A program made the position numbers and the translations under genes. A stretch of DNA of 64,000 bases from an uncultured Planctomycetaceae bacterium (GTDB lineage: Bacteria; Planctomycetota; Planctomycetia; Planctomycetales; Planctomycetaceae), in contig CAXBME010000004.1 in NCBI GenBank assembly GCA_963976765.1, positions 124,001 through 188,000 on the forward strand. The letters are read 5' to 3'. Shown piece after piece: positions 50,553 through 61,238 of the stretch (the first letter of the stretch is position 1; the number at the start of each line of letters is the position of its first letter). Below the pieces are notes generated by a model. It searched no databases. It saw nothing but the letters and a program-made list of their open reading frames with translations, and had not been told where the DNA came from.

Positions 50553-51297
50553 GGCGGAGAGGCTTCCGTTTGACGGTGAAGCAACTCAGTAGTGACCTCA
50601 GAGGCCCGACGACTGCATCTGCAACGTCGGGCTTATTGTGTCAGCACCCCGTTCCAGGCTGAGCCGTTTCTGCACAATCAGACTGAATCTCACACTTCTG
50701 GTTTCCGGAGCCTGTTCCAACCTGCGTCAGAATCCCACAAGCCACTTCGAGTTCTATGCCTTGAGCGTCGGCAGCCGGCAGGAAATCCTCTGGCCGATGA
50801 CCATCCGACAACCGTTTTACGGCGTCATGATCAAGGTTCGCTGATTTGGCGATTGGTTGACGATTGACATGGCCGCTGTTAGGTTCCTGCCACCTTCGAC
50901 GCGTGACTTGCGCCGATTCCACGCGCCCCTGGACGATTGCGGCGGGTCGGTTTCACATGTTGTTTGACAATCAGCATTTACGGGTGAATCGTGGTTCCCG
51001 CAGGTTCCACAGCAGTCGTTCTTGCTGACTGAGATGTTTCCGCGTGACCTGGACTGAATGACAGGCTCAGGTCCGCAACGCTGTTTCCGGATTCGGCTTC
51101 AAGCCATCCGGCACCCGGAGTTAGCTGGTTCCGCTCAGGTTCCGAAGCTGCACCGGGACCTGAATTTACGATAACTCGAAATCTCTACACGAAGCTGTGG
51201 ACCGGTTCGAAGTTCGAACTCAGGCTCCGTTGACAGAAGAATTAACGAAACGTTGGTTTGATGAAGCCCGCAAAGGGGCTGGAGAGGATTGATTCCG

Positions 51298-54033
51298 ATG
51301 GCAGACACAAAATATGTCTATTCGTTTGGTGGTGGTTCTGGCGACGGCGATGCCACAATGAAGCCGCTGCTTGGTGGTAAAGGCGCCAACCTGGCAGAGA
51401 TGAGCCGTATCGGTCTGCCGGTTCCGGCCGGATTCACGATTACGACGGAAGTCTGCACCTACTTCTACGACAACGGTCGCCAGTACCCACCGGAACTGAA
51501 GGCTCAGGTCGAAGCGGCAATTGCCAAGGCCGAAGAAGTCATGGGCGCGAAATTCGGCGACTCCGAAAACCCGCTGCTGTTGTCTTGCCGCTCGGGCGCC
51601 CGTGAATCGATGCCGGGCATGATGGACACCGTCCTCAACATCGGCATCAACGAAACGGTCGTAAACGCGCTGATCAAGCAGGCCGGTGCTGAGCACTTTG
51701 CATGGGACAGCTACCGCCGCCTGATTCAGATGTACGGCGACGTCGTTCTTGGTCTGAAGCCGGAATCGAAGAATGATCCCGACCACTTCGAAGACATTCT
51801 CGACAAGGCTCGTGAAGAAGCCGGCGTTGAGCACGAAAAAGACCTGACGATCGACACGCTCAAAGACATTGTCACCCAGTTCAAAGCCGTCATTAAGAAG
51901 GAGACCGGCAAGGACTTCCCGGACGATCCGATGGAACAACTCTGGGGCTGCATCGGTGCAGTGTTTGGTAGCTGGGGCAACGACCGAGCTGTCGTTTACC
52001 GACGTCAGTATGGCATTCCTCACAGCTGGGGCACCGCGACCAACGTGCAGGCGATGGTCTTCGGAAACCTCGGCGACGACTGTGCGACGGGCGTCGGCCT
52101 GACGCGTAACTGCTCAGTCGGCCTTCCCGGCTTCTGTGGTGACTACCTGATCAACGCTCAGGGCGAAGACGTCGTCGCTGGAACACGAACCCCGAAGCGC
52201 ATCGAAGAGACGCTCGCTCAGGATGCTCCTGAAGCGTTCGCTCAGCTCGACGAAATCGGGAAGAAGCTCGAAAACCACTACAAAGAAGTGCAGGACATCG
52301 AGTTTACCGTACAGCGTGGCAAGGTCTGGATGCTCCAGACGCGAAACGCCAAGCGAACCGGTTTTGCCGCTGTCCGCATCGCGGTTGACCTCGTCAACGA
52401 AGGCCTCATCGACAAGAAGACAGCTCTCGAAAAACGACGTATACCGGCTGACGACCTGAACCAACTCCTCCAGCCGATCTTCGATCCTGCCGCTAAATCT
52501 GCCGCTGAAAAGGAAGACAAACTCCTGGCAAAAGGCATCAACGCTGGCCCGGGTGCAGCAACCGGTCAGATCGTCTTCCACGCGAGCGACGCCGAAGAGC
52601 AGTGGAACGCGGATAACGACAAACAGTTGATCCTCGTCCGCAAGGAAACGAGCCCGGAAGACCTTCGCGGCATGAAAGTCGCCAACGGCATTCTGACGGC
52701 ATTCGGTGGAGCGTCGTCGCACGCCGCGCTCGTGTCTCGCCAGATGGGCAAGACCTGCGTCTGCGGTTGCTCAGCGTTAAACATCAACTACGAAGCCGGA
52801 ACGGTCACCGTCGGCAGCACCGTCCTCAAAGAAGGCGACTGGATTTCAATCGATGGTTTCTCTGGCGAAGTGTTCGAAGGCCAGATCAGCACCAGTGCTT
52901 CCGAAGTCATGGAAGTTCTGATGGGCAACAAGCCGGCCGACGAAGCCGAAACTTACAGCCGATACGCTCAGCTCATGGAGTGGGCTGACGAGTTCCGAAC
53001 TCTCAAGGTACGAGCGAACACGGAGTCGCACGATGCTGAAGCGTCAGTCGCTCTCGGAGCTGAAGGCGTTGGTCTGTGCCGCACCGAGCACATGTTCTTC
53101 GATCATCTCGACGAAATTCGCGAAATGATTTTCTCACGAACTCCGGAAGACCGAGCGAAGGCGCTGGCCAAGCTGCTGACATTCCAGCGGGACGACTTCA
53201 CTCACCTGTTCAAGGTGATGGGCGATCGTCCGGTAACAATTCGTCTGCTCGATCCGCCGCTGCATGAGTTCCTCTCAGAACACCACATGCACGATGATCC
53301 GACGCTGGCTGGCAAGCTGGCCAAGACGTTCGGCGTCACTGAGCAGGACGTGAAGCGTCGCGTTGAGGAACTCGTCGAAACGAACCCGATGCTCGGTCAC
53401 CGTGGCTGCCGTCTGGGAATCGTGTACCCGGAAATCACAGCGATGCAGGCTCGAGCGATCCTTGAAGCGGCCTGCAATCTGAAGAAGGAAGGCACAGAAG
53501 TGCATCCGGAAATCATGATTCCGCTGGCTGGCTACAAGTCCGAATTCGACAACCAGGCCGCCGTCGTTCGCGAAACAGCCGCAACGGTCTTTGCCGAGCA
53601 GGGCGTCGAAGTTCAGTACAGCGTCGGCACAATGATCGAAATCCCGCGAGCCGCTCTGACAGCCGACGAGATCGCTGAGAACGCCGAGTTCTTCAGCTTC
53701 GGCACAAACGACCTGACTCAGACATGTCTGGGAATGAGCCGCGACGACTACAAAGGCTTTATCGGCTACTACATGGAACACGACATCGTCCCAGCCGATC
53801 CGTTCCAGACGGTCGACCAGACAGGTGTTGGCAAGCTGATGAAGATTGGCGTCGAAGGCGGACGAGGAACCCGGTCCGACCTGAAGATCGGCATCTGCGG
53901 CGAACACGGCGGCGATCCAAAGTCCGTCTACTTCTGCCATGAAATCGGCCTGAATTACGTGAGCTGCTCCCCAAGGCGAATCCCAATCGCCCGCCTGGCG
54001 GCCGCGCAGGCAGCCGTTGAAGCCAGCAAGTAA
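51298..54033 (+). CDS. ppdK: Pyruvate, phosphate dikinase
   Basis: LLGGKGANLAEM, SMPGMMDT, AQGEDVV, GGASSHAA, GLCRTEHMF, SFGTNDL, GICGEHGG. Confidence 0.97.
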   Translation: MADTKYVYSFGGGSGDGDATMKPLLGGKGANLAEMSRIGLPVPAGFTITTEVCTYFYDNGRQYPPELKAQVEAAIAKAEEVMGAKFGDSENPLLLSCRSGARESMPGMMDTVLNIGINETVVNALIKQAGAEHFAWDSYRRLIQMYGDVVLGLKPESKNDPDHFEDILDKAREEAGVEHEKDLTIDTLKDIVTQFKAVIKKETGKDFPDDPMEQLWGCIGAVFGSWGNDRAVVYRRQYGIPHSWGTATNVQAMVFGNLGDDCATGVGLTRNCSVGLPGFCGDYLINAQGEDVVAGTRTPKRIEETLAQDAPEAFAQLDEIGKKLENHYKEVQDIEFTVQRGKVWMLQTRNAKRTGFAAVRIAVDLVNEGLIDKKTALEKRRIPADDLNQLLQPIFDPAAKSAAEKEDKLLAKGINAGPGAATGQIVFHASDAEEQWNADNDKQLILVRKETSPEDLRGMKVANGILTAFGGASSHAALVSRQMGKTCVCGCSALNINYEAGTVTVGSTVLKEGDWISIDGFSGEVFEGQISTSASEVMEVLMGNKPADEAETYSRYAQLMEWADEFRTLKVRANTESHDAEASVALGAEGVGLCRTEHMFFDHLDEIREMIFSRTPEDRAKALAKLLTFQRDDFTHLFKVMGDRPVTIRLLDPPLHEFLSEHHMHDDPTLAGKLAKTFGVTEQDVKRRVEELVETNPMLGHRGCRLGIVYPEITAMQARAILEAACNLKKEGTEVHPEIMIPLAGYKSEFDNQAAVVRETAATVFAEQGVEVQYSVGTMIEIPRAALTADEIAENAEFFSFGTNDLTQTCLGMSRDDYKGFIGYYMEHDIVPADPFQTVDQTGVGKLMKIGVEGGRGTRSDLKIGICGEHGGDPKSVYFCHEIGLNYVSCSPRRIPIARLAAAQAAVEASK

Positions 54034-54062
54034 CGGTTGGTTGAAACTTATCAGCTGAAAAC

Positions 54063-54099
54063 AAACCGGAGTGTGGTCGCATGACTGCGCTCCGGTTTT
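54063..54099. terminator. Intrinsic terminator after ppdK
   Basis: aaaccggagtgtggtc-gcat-gactgcgctccggtttt. Confidence 0.75.
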
Positions 54100-54194
54100 C
54101 GTATTCCACGGGAATGTTTCATCGGCAGAGGTTCGGCTGCCTCTCTGTGTCAACAATTTGTTGCGATGCGTCGATGGCGAATTTCAATCGCCTT

Positions 54195-54596
54195 CTAATT
54201 CTCAATCATCACGTTTGGTAACATTTGCCTCAGCAGCGACAATACCCCAACGATCGAGCTTAACAGTCCAATTAAGCCGAAGATGATGCCGAACCATGCT
54301 CGTACAGCACTACTAAGTTCCGGGGTTCTCTTCAGCGTCTTCAGAGCCTTGATTCCACAAGCAATCGCTGCGATCTGAAACGGGAGTCCAAACACTGGAA
54401 TGATTGAAAACAGTCCGCAATATCCAGCAATGATTGCGGAAACCGGACGGCCAACCGACATCAGCATTTTGTCTGCAGTACTGGTCTCGTTGTCGGGGAT
54501 TCGTATTTTGCCCCATCCTTCGTCGAGGATGAAATCACAGAAGCGACACTTCTTCGCGATGGCCTCGATGGCCTCTCCGCAGCAGCGACAAGCCAT
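54195..54596 (-). CDS. Zn-ribbon plus DUF4190-like membrane protein
   Basis: CRCCGEAIEAIAKKCRFC; SAIIAGYCGLFS...RAWFGIIFG. Confidence 0.6.
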   Translation of the reverse strand: MACRCCGEAIEAIAKKCRFCDFILDEGWGKIRIPDNETSTADKMLMSVGRPVSAIIAGYCGLFSIIPVFGLPFQIAAIACGIKALKTLKRTPELSSAVRAWFGIIFGLIGLLSSIVGVLSLLRQMLPNVMIEN

Positions 54597-54800
54597 GGCG
54601 CATTGATAGATTGCAAGTCGCCTGTCATCGGTAATCCTGGAACATAGTCAACATTCGCCAGACAGCGTTTCAGCGGCTCACTCTATCGTCGGTGAAGAAT
54701 TCGTCGCAACGAGACTCCGGGTTCTGCGCAGGATTCGACCAGCGTGTGCAGGTTGAGGCGAATCTAATTTCAAGCTACTGACAAGCGGCGAGAATTCAGC

Positions 54801-55697
54801 ATGCAGGATGACACCGTTCGTAGAACCTACCATCTCGGTTGTCCGGTATGGGCATGTTCGGATTGGACAGGGTCGCTTTTTTCGACGAAGGACCGAAAGA
54901 AGTGGCTAGGTGAGTATTCGTCTGTGTTTGGAACGGTCGAGGGGAACAGCACGTTCTACGGGCTACCGGCGATGGACACCGTTAAGCGGTGGGCGGATCT
55001 ATCGTGTGACGGGTTTCGGTTTTGTCTGAAGTTTCCGAAAGCAATCAGTCATGATCGACGATTAATTGATGCCGAAGTTGAGACCGGGTTGTTTCTCGAC
55101 ATTCTGAAAGTGCTGGCTGAGGCGGATCGGCTGGGGCCTTCTTTTCTACAACTGCCGCCGACATTCTCAGCGGTCGAGATGGATCGACTGGTCAGTTTTC
55201 TTGAGGCGCTGCCAGCCGAGTTTCCGTTTGCGGTCGAGGTCCGACATACGGACTTCTTCGATCAGGGGGCGACCGAAAATACTTTCGATGAGACGCTTCG
55301 AAAGCTGAAGATTGACCGCGTCCTGTTCGACAGCCGACCATTATTTTCGAAGCCACCGTCGGACGAAGCAGAGAAAATATCGCAGTCAAAGAAACCGCGC
55401 AGTCCTCATCGGAAGACGGTCACCGGCTCGCGACCGATGCTGCGGCTGGTCGGTCGGAACTCGGTTGAGGACACGATGCCGTGGATCGAGGAGTGGGCCA
55501 TCGTGATTGCTGATTGGCTCAAAGCCGGGCTGACGCCGTTCATCTTTGCACACTCTCCCGACGAGAAGTTTGCCCCTGAGTTCGCGGCGCGGCTTCATGT
55601 GCAGCTGCAGAGCCATGTGTCGTCGCTGCCGGGGCTACCAGAGTGGCCTGGTCTGAAAAAAGAATCCGGGCCGAAACAGTTGAGCCTCTTTGGATAG
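54801..55697 (+). CDS. DUF72 family protein
   Basis: TVEGNSTFYGLP, FCLKFPKAISH, FLQLPP, AVEVRH. Confidence 0.92.
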   Translation: MQDDTVRRTYHLGCPVWACSDWTGSLFSTKDRKKWLGEYSSVFGTVEGNSTFYGLPAMDTVKRWADLSCDGFRFCLKFPKAISHDRRLIDAEVETGLFLDILKVLAEADRLGPSFLQLPPTFSAVEMDRLVSFLEALPAEFPFAVEVRHTDFFDQGATENTFDETLRKLKIDRVLFDSRPLFSKPPSDEAEKISQSKKPRSPHRKTVTGSRPMLRLVGRNSVEDTMPWIEEWAIVIADWLKAGLTPFIFAHSPDEKFAPEFAARLHVQLQSHVSSLPGLPEWPGLKKESGPKQLSLFG

Positions 55698-55801
55698 CTC
55701 TTCGACGAGGAACGCCCCGGCCATCGCGTCAGCGGCTTGCCATTCAACGCTGAGCAGGATCAATTTCTGTGCAGCCCGGCGACTGTTGCGAGATTCCAGA
55801 T

Positions 55802-56611
55802 CTACGAGTGCATGACGAACCCGCCGTCGACGTTAATAGTCTGACCGGTGACCTGGCGGGCTCGCTTTGAAGCCAGGAATGTCACCATGTCGGCGACATC
55901 GGACGGCTCCTGCCAGATTCCCAGCGGAACCATTTTTCGAATCTTCTCGCCGGCCCACGTTTCGTAGTCGAGCTTCTGGTCATCCGGCTGACGGTCGCAC
56001 CAGGATTGCCAGACTCCTCTGTTAAGAGGTGTCTGGACCATGCCAGGACAGACGACGTTGACTCGGACGCCGTTCGGGGCAAGGTCTTTCGCCATGCACT
56101 GAGCGAAATTGATATTCGCCGCTTTGCTGGCACTGTAAGGCGGGTCGGTCGGCGATCCAATCTGGCCGGCAACCGACGCGATGAATGTCATCGTGCCGGA
56201 TTTTCGTTCGGCCATTCCGGGAGCGATCACGTGAGCGACTCGGGTCATCCCCATGACGTTTACATTGAGAACCTGGAGCCAGTCTTCGGGAGCAAGATTC
56301 GTAAACGGAAATCCGAATTTCCCCGATCCGATCGCAGCCGCGTGGGCGAGATGGTTGACTGATCCGAGTTTCGACGTCGTTTCTGCCAGTGCCGATTCGA
56401 GGCTTTCAGTGGATGTGATGTCGGCTGGGACTCCGATCACGCATTGCCCGCTGGATGCCGCGACATCAACCGCCGTTTTTTCAACAGCATTCGAAACGTC
56501 CCAGATGGCGACACTGGCCCCTTCGGCGGCGAACTGTTCGACAATTGCACGACCGATTCCACTGGCTCCGCCAGTCACGACGATGACGTTGTTGGCTAAC
56601 CCGAGGTCCAA
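55802..56611 (-). CDS. SDR family oxidoreductase
   Basis: TGGASGIG, YSASK, TGQTINVDGG. Confidence 0.93.
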   Translation of the reverse strand: MDLGLANNVIVVTGGASGIGRAIVEQFAAEGASVAIWDVSNAVEKTAVDVAASSGQCVIGVPADITSTESLESALAETTSKLGSVNHLAHAAAIGSGKFGFPFTNLAPEDWLQVLNVNVMGMTRVAHVIAPGMAERKSGTMTFIASVAGQIGSPTDPPYSASKAANINFAQCMAKDLAPNGVRVNVVCPGMVQTPLNRGVWQSWCDRQPDDQKLDYETWAGEKIRKMVPLGIWQEPSDVADMVTFLASKRARQVTGQTINVDGGFVMHS

Positions 56612-56664
56612 GTCTTTGCTCCTGATTGTCGGTTGCAGCTGTGAAGCTTCGGTTGAATGGTTGA

Positions 56665-57153
56665 TTACTGACGTCGAGTCGGCATTGCCGGGGCAAGTCT
56701 GGGCGAAGCGCGAAGCGCCAGCTCAACGAGTGAGCTGTAGTCGACAGGGGCAACATCCGATACTGAGCGAAGTTCGTTTGCGGAGCCATCCCGGAGGCTC
56801 TGAGCAAGTCGCGTGAGCCGGTCGTCCATCTCAATCACGAATCGCGACAGTTCATCCGGCTCCAGATCGCTGCGTGCAAGAACGGTTTGATCAAGTGACC
56901 GCTCGCGATGCAGCTTCGCCAGTGTGCTCCCCTGAGTGCGAAAAAGAAATCCTGCGGCGTAGGCTCGGCGCAGTTGTCCGGAAGGGCTGAACTGATAAAC
57001 CGGATCCTGTCCAAAGTAGACGGACAGACTGCCGTCAGAACGAACTCCGGCGAACACCGGTTCGGATTCACCAGGAAGCTCCCATTCGATACGGTTTCGC
57101 ATGGCTGTTGCTTCCCGAATCAGGTCTTCCCGGTCAGATTCATTGCGAGCCAT
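56665..57153 (-). CDS. Hypothetical protein
   Basis: ATG 57153 (MARNESDREDLIREAT); protein-like composition. Confidence 0.7.
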   Translation of the reverse strand: MARNESDREDLIREATAMRNRIEWELPGESEPVFAGVRSDGSLSVYFGQDPVYQFSPSGQLRRAYAAGFLFRTQGSTLAKLHRERSLDQTVLARSDLEPDELSRFVIEMDDRLTRLAQSLRDGSANELRSVSDVAPVDYSSLVELALRASPRLAPAMPTRRQ

Positions 57154-57608
57154 GTGGATGTCCGATGTGGCTGGGACGAATGCTGCCGGGATCGTCAGAG
57201 GACGCGTCGATCGCGAAGCGAGGCGCACCCGGAATGCGGTCTGCGCACGAAAAACGGGAGCAGGAACCTGCCCCCTCATGTACCTGACGCTTTTGCTTAG
57301 GGCTGCTCGATTTCTCGCCTGACCCAGTTCACAGAGCCACCACCACACTCGGAGGCAGGTTCTCACTCCCGATTGTTTTCAGAGCAGAACTCACTGACTG
57401 AACGCGATTATGGGACCGAGCCTTCCGGACGTCAAGCAGCGATACATCGGCGAGAGTGACGACCTGTCAGCGTGGTTCAGGCGAGCCGACGATTCGTTTC
57501 TGCGTGAAGGAACTTCCGGTTTCTCCGCAACAAGAAATAAATGTGGGATACCGCAATTCTTCCGCGAAATAAGAAATTTGAGGAAATCCACGTCCGCAAA
57601 GCGGTATC

Positions 57609-57736
57609 AATCTCGATATATCCGATAGAGGCCCGCCCCGGGGTACCGTTTAAAGTCTTCTCTGCCTGACCTGCGAAACCTGGCATTGTTGACTGTCTCT
57701 GCACCTGGGGCGGGCTTTCTTTTGGATTGTGGGATT
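57609..57736. ncRNA. Candidate structured RNA (long irregular hairpin)
   Basis: GCCCGCCCC/GGGGCGGGC stem with nested AGTC/GACT and TGCC/GGCA stems and a wobble-rich outer extension. Confidence 0.35.
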
Positions 57737-57990
57737 CAATTCGCCGTAATATTCCTGGAAATTCGCGGCCAGGTCAGTGAATTACAACACGTGTTCGCTC
57801 CTACGAGAGATCTGGCCTGGTGACGGGGCCACAGAGATTCAGCAACGTTGCCGACCCAAATCTTCGGTAAACCGGTCAATTCCACAGAAGCTTTGTTCGA
57901 ATATTGCCGATTGACAGTCCTGTAGGCGGCGGTTGTTTGTGCGGTTACTGACCGGTCCAAACTCTTTTTTGTGAGAGCGATCGGCCAAAC

Positions 57991-58019
57991 TTGACCGCAA
58001 TTTGGCTGAGACGTAACAT
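57991..58019 (+). promoter_or_regulatory. Sigma-70 promoter of tRNA-Gly/tig
   Basis: TTGACC-17 bp-TAACAT followed by a GC-rich discriminator. Confidence 0.6.
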
Positions 58020-58060
58020 CCCGCCGTTCTGTCAGCGGTGGCAGAGTCAAAGATGCAGTC

Positions 58061-58132
58061 GCGGGAGTAGCTCAGTGGTAGAGCACCACGTTGCCAACGT
58101 GGATGTCGCGGGTTCGAACCCCGTCTCCCGCT
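58061..58132 (+). tRNA. tRNA-Gly(GCC), CCA not encoded
   Basis: GCGGGAG/CTCCCGC acceptor stem, CCACG-TTGCCAA-CGTGG anticodon arm, GGTTCGAACC T-arm. Confidence 0.97.
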
Positions 58133-58295
58133 TTTTTGATTAGTACGCATTTGAATTGCTTCAGGTCAGCTTAGACCAGCACGGCATTTCGCTTTCTGCC
58201 AGTGCAATCTTCTGCCAGTGCATGGGGAGCGTCAGCTTCTGTCGCTGAGAGCCAGTCTGCATTCTGGTTGACCGCCTTCGCTGAGGAACCTCTCC

Positions 58296-59786
58296 GTGAG
58301 TGACACTGAAAACACAGAAGTTGTTGAAGAATCCGAAGTGGACGTTGAAGCTCTTGGGCTTCCGCCAAAGATGGATCTCAAGGTTGATATCGCTGAGGCT
58401 GGTCCGTGCCGGAAAAGAATTTCCGTCGTCGTTCCTCAGGCTGAGATCGACATCGTCCGAAACGGAACACTGGACGAGTTTGCGTCAAAAGCAAGCATCC
58501 CGGGTTTCCGGGTTGGTCGCGTGCCTCGAGATCTGGTCAAGGCCAAGTTTCGCCAGGAACTGGCCGACGAGCTGAAGCAGCGAGTGCTCGTGCAAAGTCT
58601 TGAGCAGTTGACCGAAGAGTTCGAAATCGACCCGATCAACGAACCAGATATGGACGTCGAGACGCTCGAAATCCCAGATACTGGCGATTTTGAGTACACA
58701 TTCGACGTCGAAGTCCGTCCAGACGTAAAACTACCGGATTTCGCAGAACTGTCTCTGAAACGCCCAAGTCGAGACGTTTCGGACGACGACGTTCAGAAGT
58801 ACATCGATCAGATGCTGCTTGAATACGGTGAAAAAATTAAGCACGAAGATGGTGCGGCGATCGGCGACTTTGTTTCTCTGTCGATCGATTTCGAATACGA
58901 AGGCACGGCAGTTCGCGAGATGCATGGCCTTTCGGTTCGCCTTCAGCCAGTTCTGCGATTCAAAGATGCTGAAATCGCTGATTTCGGCACAGTGATGGCC
59001 GGTGTTAAGGCTGGCGAAACACGCGAAGCGGAGTTCACTATTTCCACAGAGTCGGCCTATGTCCCGATGCGTGGCGAAAAATTGAAGGCCATCGTTTCAG
59101 TTTCGGCTGTCCATAAGCTTGAGATCCCAGAACTTGACGGCGAACTGCTTGACCGCATCGGGGTCGATTCGGTCGAGAAACTTCGCGAGGAAGTTAAAGA
59201 CATCCTTGAGCGTCAGGTCACCTACAAACAGAGGCAGTCAGCTCGTGAGCAGCTTCTGGGAATTATCAGTGAATCTGCTGACTGGGAATTGCCTGAAGAG
59301 CTTGTCCTGAAACAGGTTGAGAATGCTCTTCATCGCGAAATTCTTGAGATGCAGCAGGCTGGCTACACGTCGAAGGAAATACGTGCTCGCGAAAACGATC
59401 TTCGCCAACGATCCGTGTCAGTAACACGTCAGGCGATGAAGGAACACTTTATTCTCGATTCGATTGCGACTGCGGAAGAGATCGAAGTCTCGCCGCAGGA
59501 TATCGAGATGGAGATCATGATGATGGCATTTCAGAGTGGCGAAACGCCTCGTCGCCTTAGGGCTCGACTGGTCAAAACCGGCGTCATCGAAAATCTGGAA
59601 GCTCAGATTCGTGAACGAAAAGCTGTCGACGTCGCACTCGCTAAAGCAAAATACGAAGAAGTGCCAATGGAAGACAACCTGGTCGGAGACCTCGACGTTG
59701 AGGCTGTCGACGAAGCGATCTGCAACGTTATGTTTGCACGAGCTTCTGCGGCCAGTGCAAAGTCTGCCAAGGGGGCGTCTGCGTAA
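58296..59786 (+). CDS. tig: Trigger factor
   Basis: IPGFRVGRVP ribosome-binding loop; position upstream of clpP. Confidence 0.93.
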   Translation: MSDTENTEVVEESEVDVEALGLPPKMDLKVDIAEAGPCRKRISVVVPQAEIDIVRNGTLDEFASKASIPGFRVGRVPRDLVKAKFRQELADELKQRVLVQSLEQLTEEFEIDPINEPDMDVETLEIPDTGDFEYTFDVEVRPDVKLPDFAELSLKRPSRDVSDDDVQKYIDQMLLEYGEKIKHEDGAAIGDFVSLSIDFEYEGTAVREMHGLSVRLQPVLRFKDAEIADFGTVMAGVKAGETREAEFTISTESAYVPMRGEKLKAIVSVSAVHKLEIPELDGELLDRIGVDSVEKLREEVKDILERQVTYKQRQSAREQLLGIISESADWELPEELVLKQVENALHREILEMQQAGYTSKEIRARENDLRQRSVSVTRQAMKEHFILDSIATAEEIEVSPQDIEMEIMMMAFQSGETPRRLRARLVKTGVIENLEAQIRERKAVDVALAKAKYEEVPMEDNLVGDLDVEAVDEAICNVMFARASAASAKSAKGASA

Positions 59787-59941
59787 CGCTGGGAATTTGG
59801 CGTAGCAGCGTTTGGCAGCTCACAGAGCGTTGGGCGTAATGGTCGCCTTGACGCGTGGATGCTCTCTGCGATATCCACTGTCACTGTTTGCGACGCGAAA
59901 GATCACAACAGGATGCTGCTGAAGAGAAGAAGGGATTCTCC

Positions 59942-60556
59942 ATGTTTGACCGCCTTCCGATTCAGAATTCACGCGGCGACGTTGCTCGCCAGCGGAATAT
60001 GGGAATCGGCGACCTGCTGCTCGAAAACCGCATCATCTTCATGGATGGTGTGATTAACGACGCCGTTGCCAACGTCATCGTCATGAAGCTGCTGTATCTG
60101 CAGTCCGAAAGTCGCAGCCAGGACATTCACATGTACGTGAATTCGCCAGGCGGATCGGTTACGTCGACAATGGCAATTTACGATACGATGCAGTTCATCG
60201 AGTGCGACGTTGCGACCTACTGTGTCGGCCTTGCAGCCAGTGGTGGAGCAATTCTGGTCGCTGGTGGAGCCAAGGGAAAACGCTTTGCCCTGAAGCATTC
60301 GAAGATGATGATCCACCAGCCGCACGGTGAAGTCGGTGGCCAGGTGTCTGACATCGAGATCCAGGCAAAGGATATTCTCGATACCAAACAGGTGCTGAAC
60401 GAACTGCTGGCAAGTCATACCGGTCAACCGGTCGAGACCATCGCCAGAGACACAGAGCGAGATCGCTACATGACCGCGATTGAAGCCAAAGAGTACGGTC
60501 TTGTCGACGATATTCTGATGAAGCCAGATGCCGATAAGCCAGCCGAGTCCAAATAG
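59942..60556 (+). CDS. clpP: ATP-dependent Clp protease proteolytic subunit, paralog 1
   Basis: NSPGGSV, AASGGA (Ser), MIHQP (His), ERD (Asp). Confidence 0.93.
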   Translation: MFDRLPIQNSRGDVARQRNMGIGDLLLENRIIFMDGVINDAVANVIVMKLLYLQSESRSQDIHMYVNSPGGSVTSTMAIYDTMQFIECDVATYCVGLAASGGAILVAGGAKGKRFALKHSKMMIHQPHGEVGGQVSDIEIQAKDILDTKQVLNELLASHTGQPVETIARDTERDRYMTAIEAKEYGLVDDILMKPDADKPAESK

Positions 60557-60589
60557 TCAATCGTTCGCCGTCAGGATGGAAGCGAGCAC

Positions 60590-61198
60590 GTGATGAGCAA
60601 TCTTGTACCAATCGTAATTGAAGACTCGGGGCGCGGTGAGCGCGCCATGGACATCTACAGCCGGCTGCTCAAGGATCGAATTGTCATCCTGGGCACGCAA
60701 GTCAACGAGACGTCTGCGAATCTGATCGTGGCTCAGTTGCTGTACCTGCAGTTCGAAGATGCCGATGCGGACATCCATTTTTACATCAATTCGCCCGGTG
60801 GCTCAGTGACCGCCGGGTTGGCGATTTACGACACAATGCAGTACATCAGCTGCGACGTGGCTACTTACTGCATCGGCCAGGCCGCGAGCATGGGAGCCGT
60901 TCTGCTGGCTGCCGGAGCAGCTGGCAAGCGTAATGCTCTTCCTAACGCACGAATCATGATCCACCAGCCATTGGCCGGAATGCAGGGAACGGCAACCGAG
61001 CTGGAAATTCATGCCAAAGAAGTGATTCGAATCAAACGTAAGCTGAACGAAATCCTTCTCAAACATACCGGTCAGACTTTGCAGCAGCTCGAAGAGGATA
61101 CTGATCGAGATAACTTCATGTCGGCTGAGGAAGCTCAGCAGTACGGCCTGATCGATAACGTCCTGGAACGGCTGCAGGTACCGGGTAACGAGAAGTAG
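60590..61198 (+). CDS. clpP: ATP-dependent Clp protease proteolytic subunit, paralog 2
   Basis: [27 protein letters not shown]. Confidence 0.96.
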   Translation: MMSNLVPIVIEDSGRGERAMDIYSRLLKDRIVILGTQVNETSANLIVAQLLYLQFEDADADIHFYINSPGGSVTAGLAIYDTMQYISCDVATYCIGQAASMGAVLLAAGAAGKRNALPNARIMIHQPLAGMQGTATELEIHAKEVIRIKRKLNEILLKHTGQTLQQLEEDTDRDNFMSAEEAQQYGLIDNVLERLQVPGNEK

Positions 61199-61238
61199 TT
61201 GACCGTCGTCGATAACCTGAAGTTGAAGGCTGTCAAGG

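Noticed and set aside
57580..57592. GAGGAAATCC resembling the RNase P RNA 5' motif
   Set aside because: Lacks GAGGAAAGTCC and the 3' AGAACCCGGCTTA-type motif.
58061..58300. tRNA-Gly as an integration site
   Set aside because: No integrase or duplicated tRNA 3' end seen; tig follows directly.
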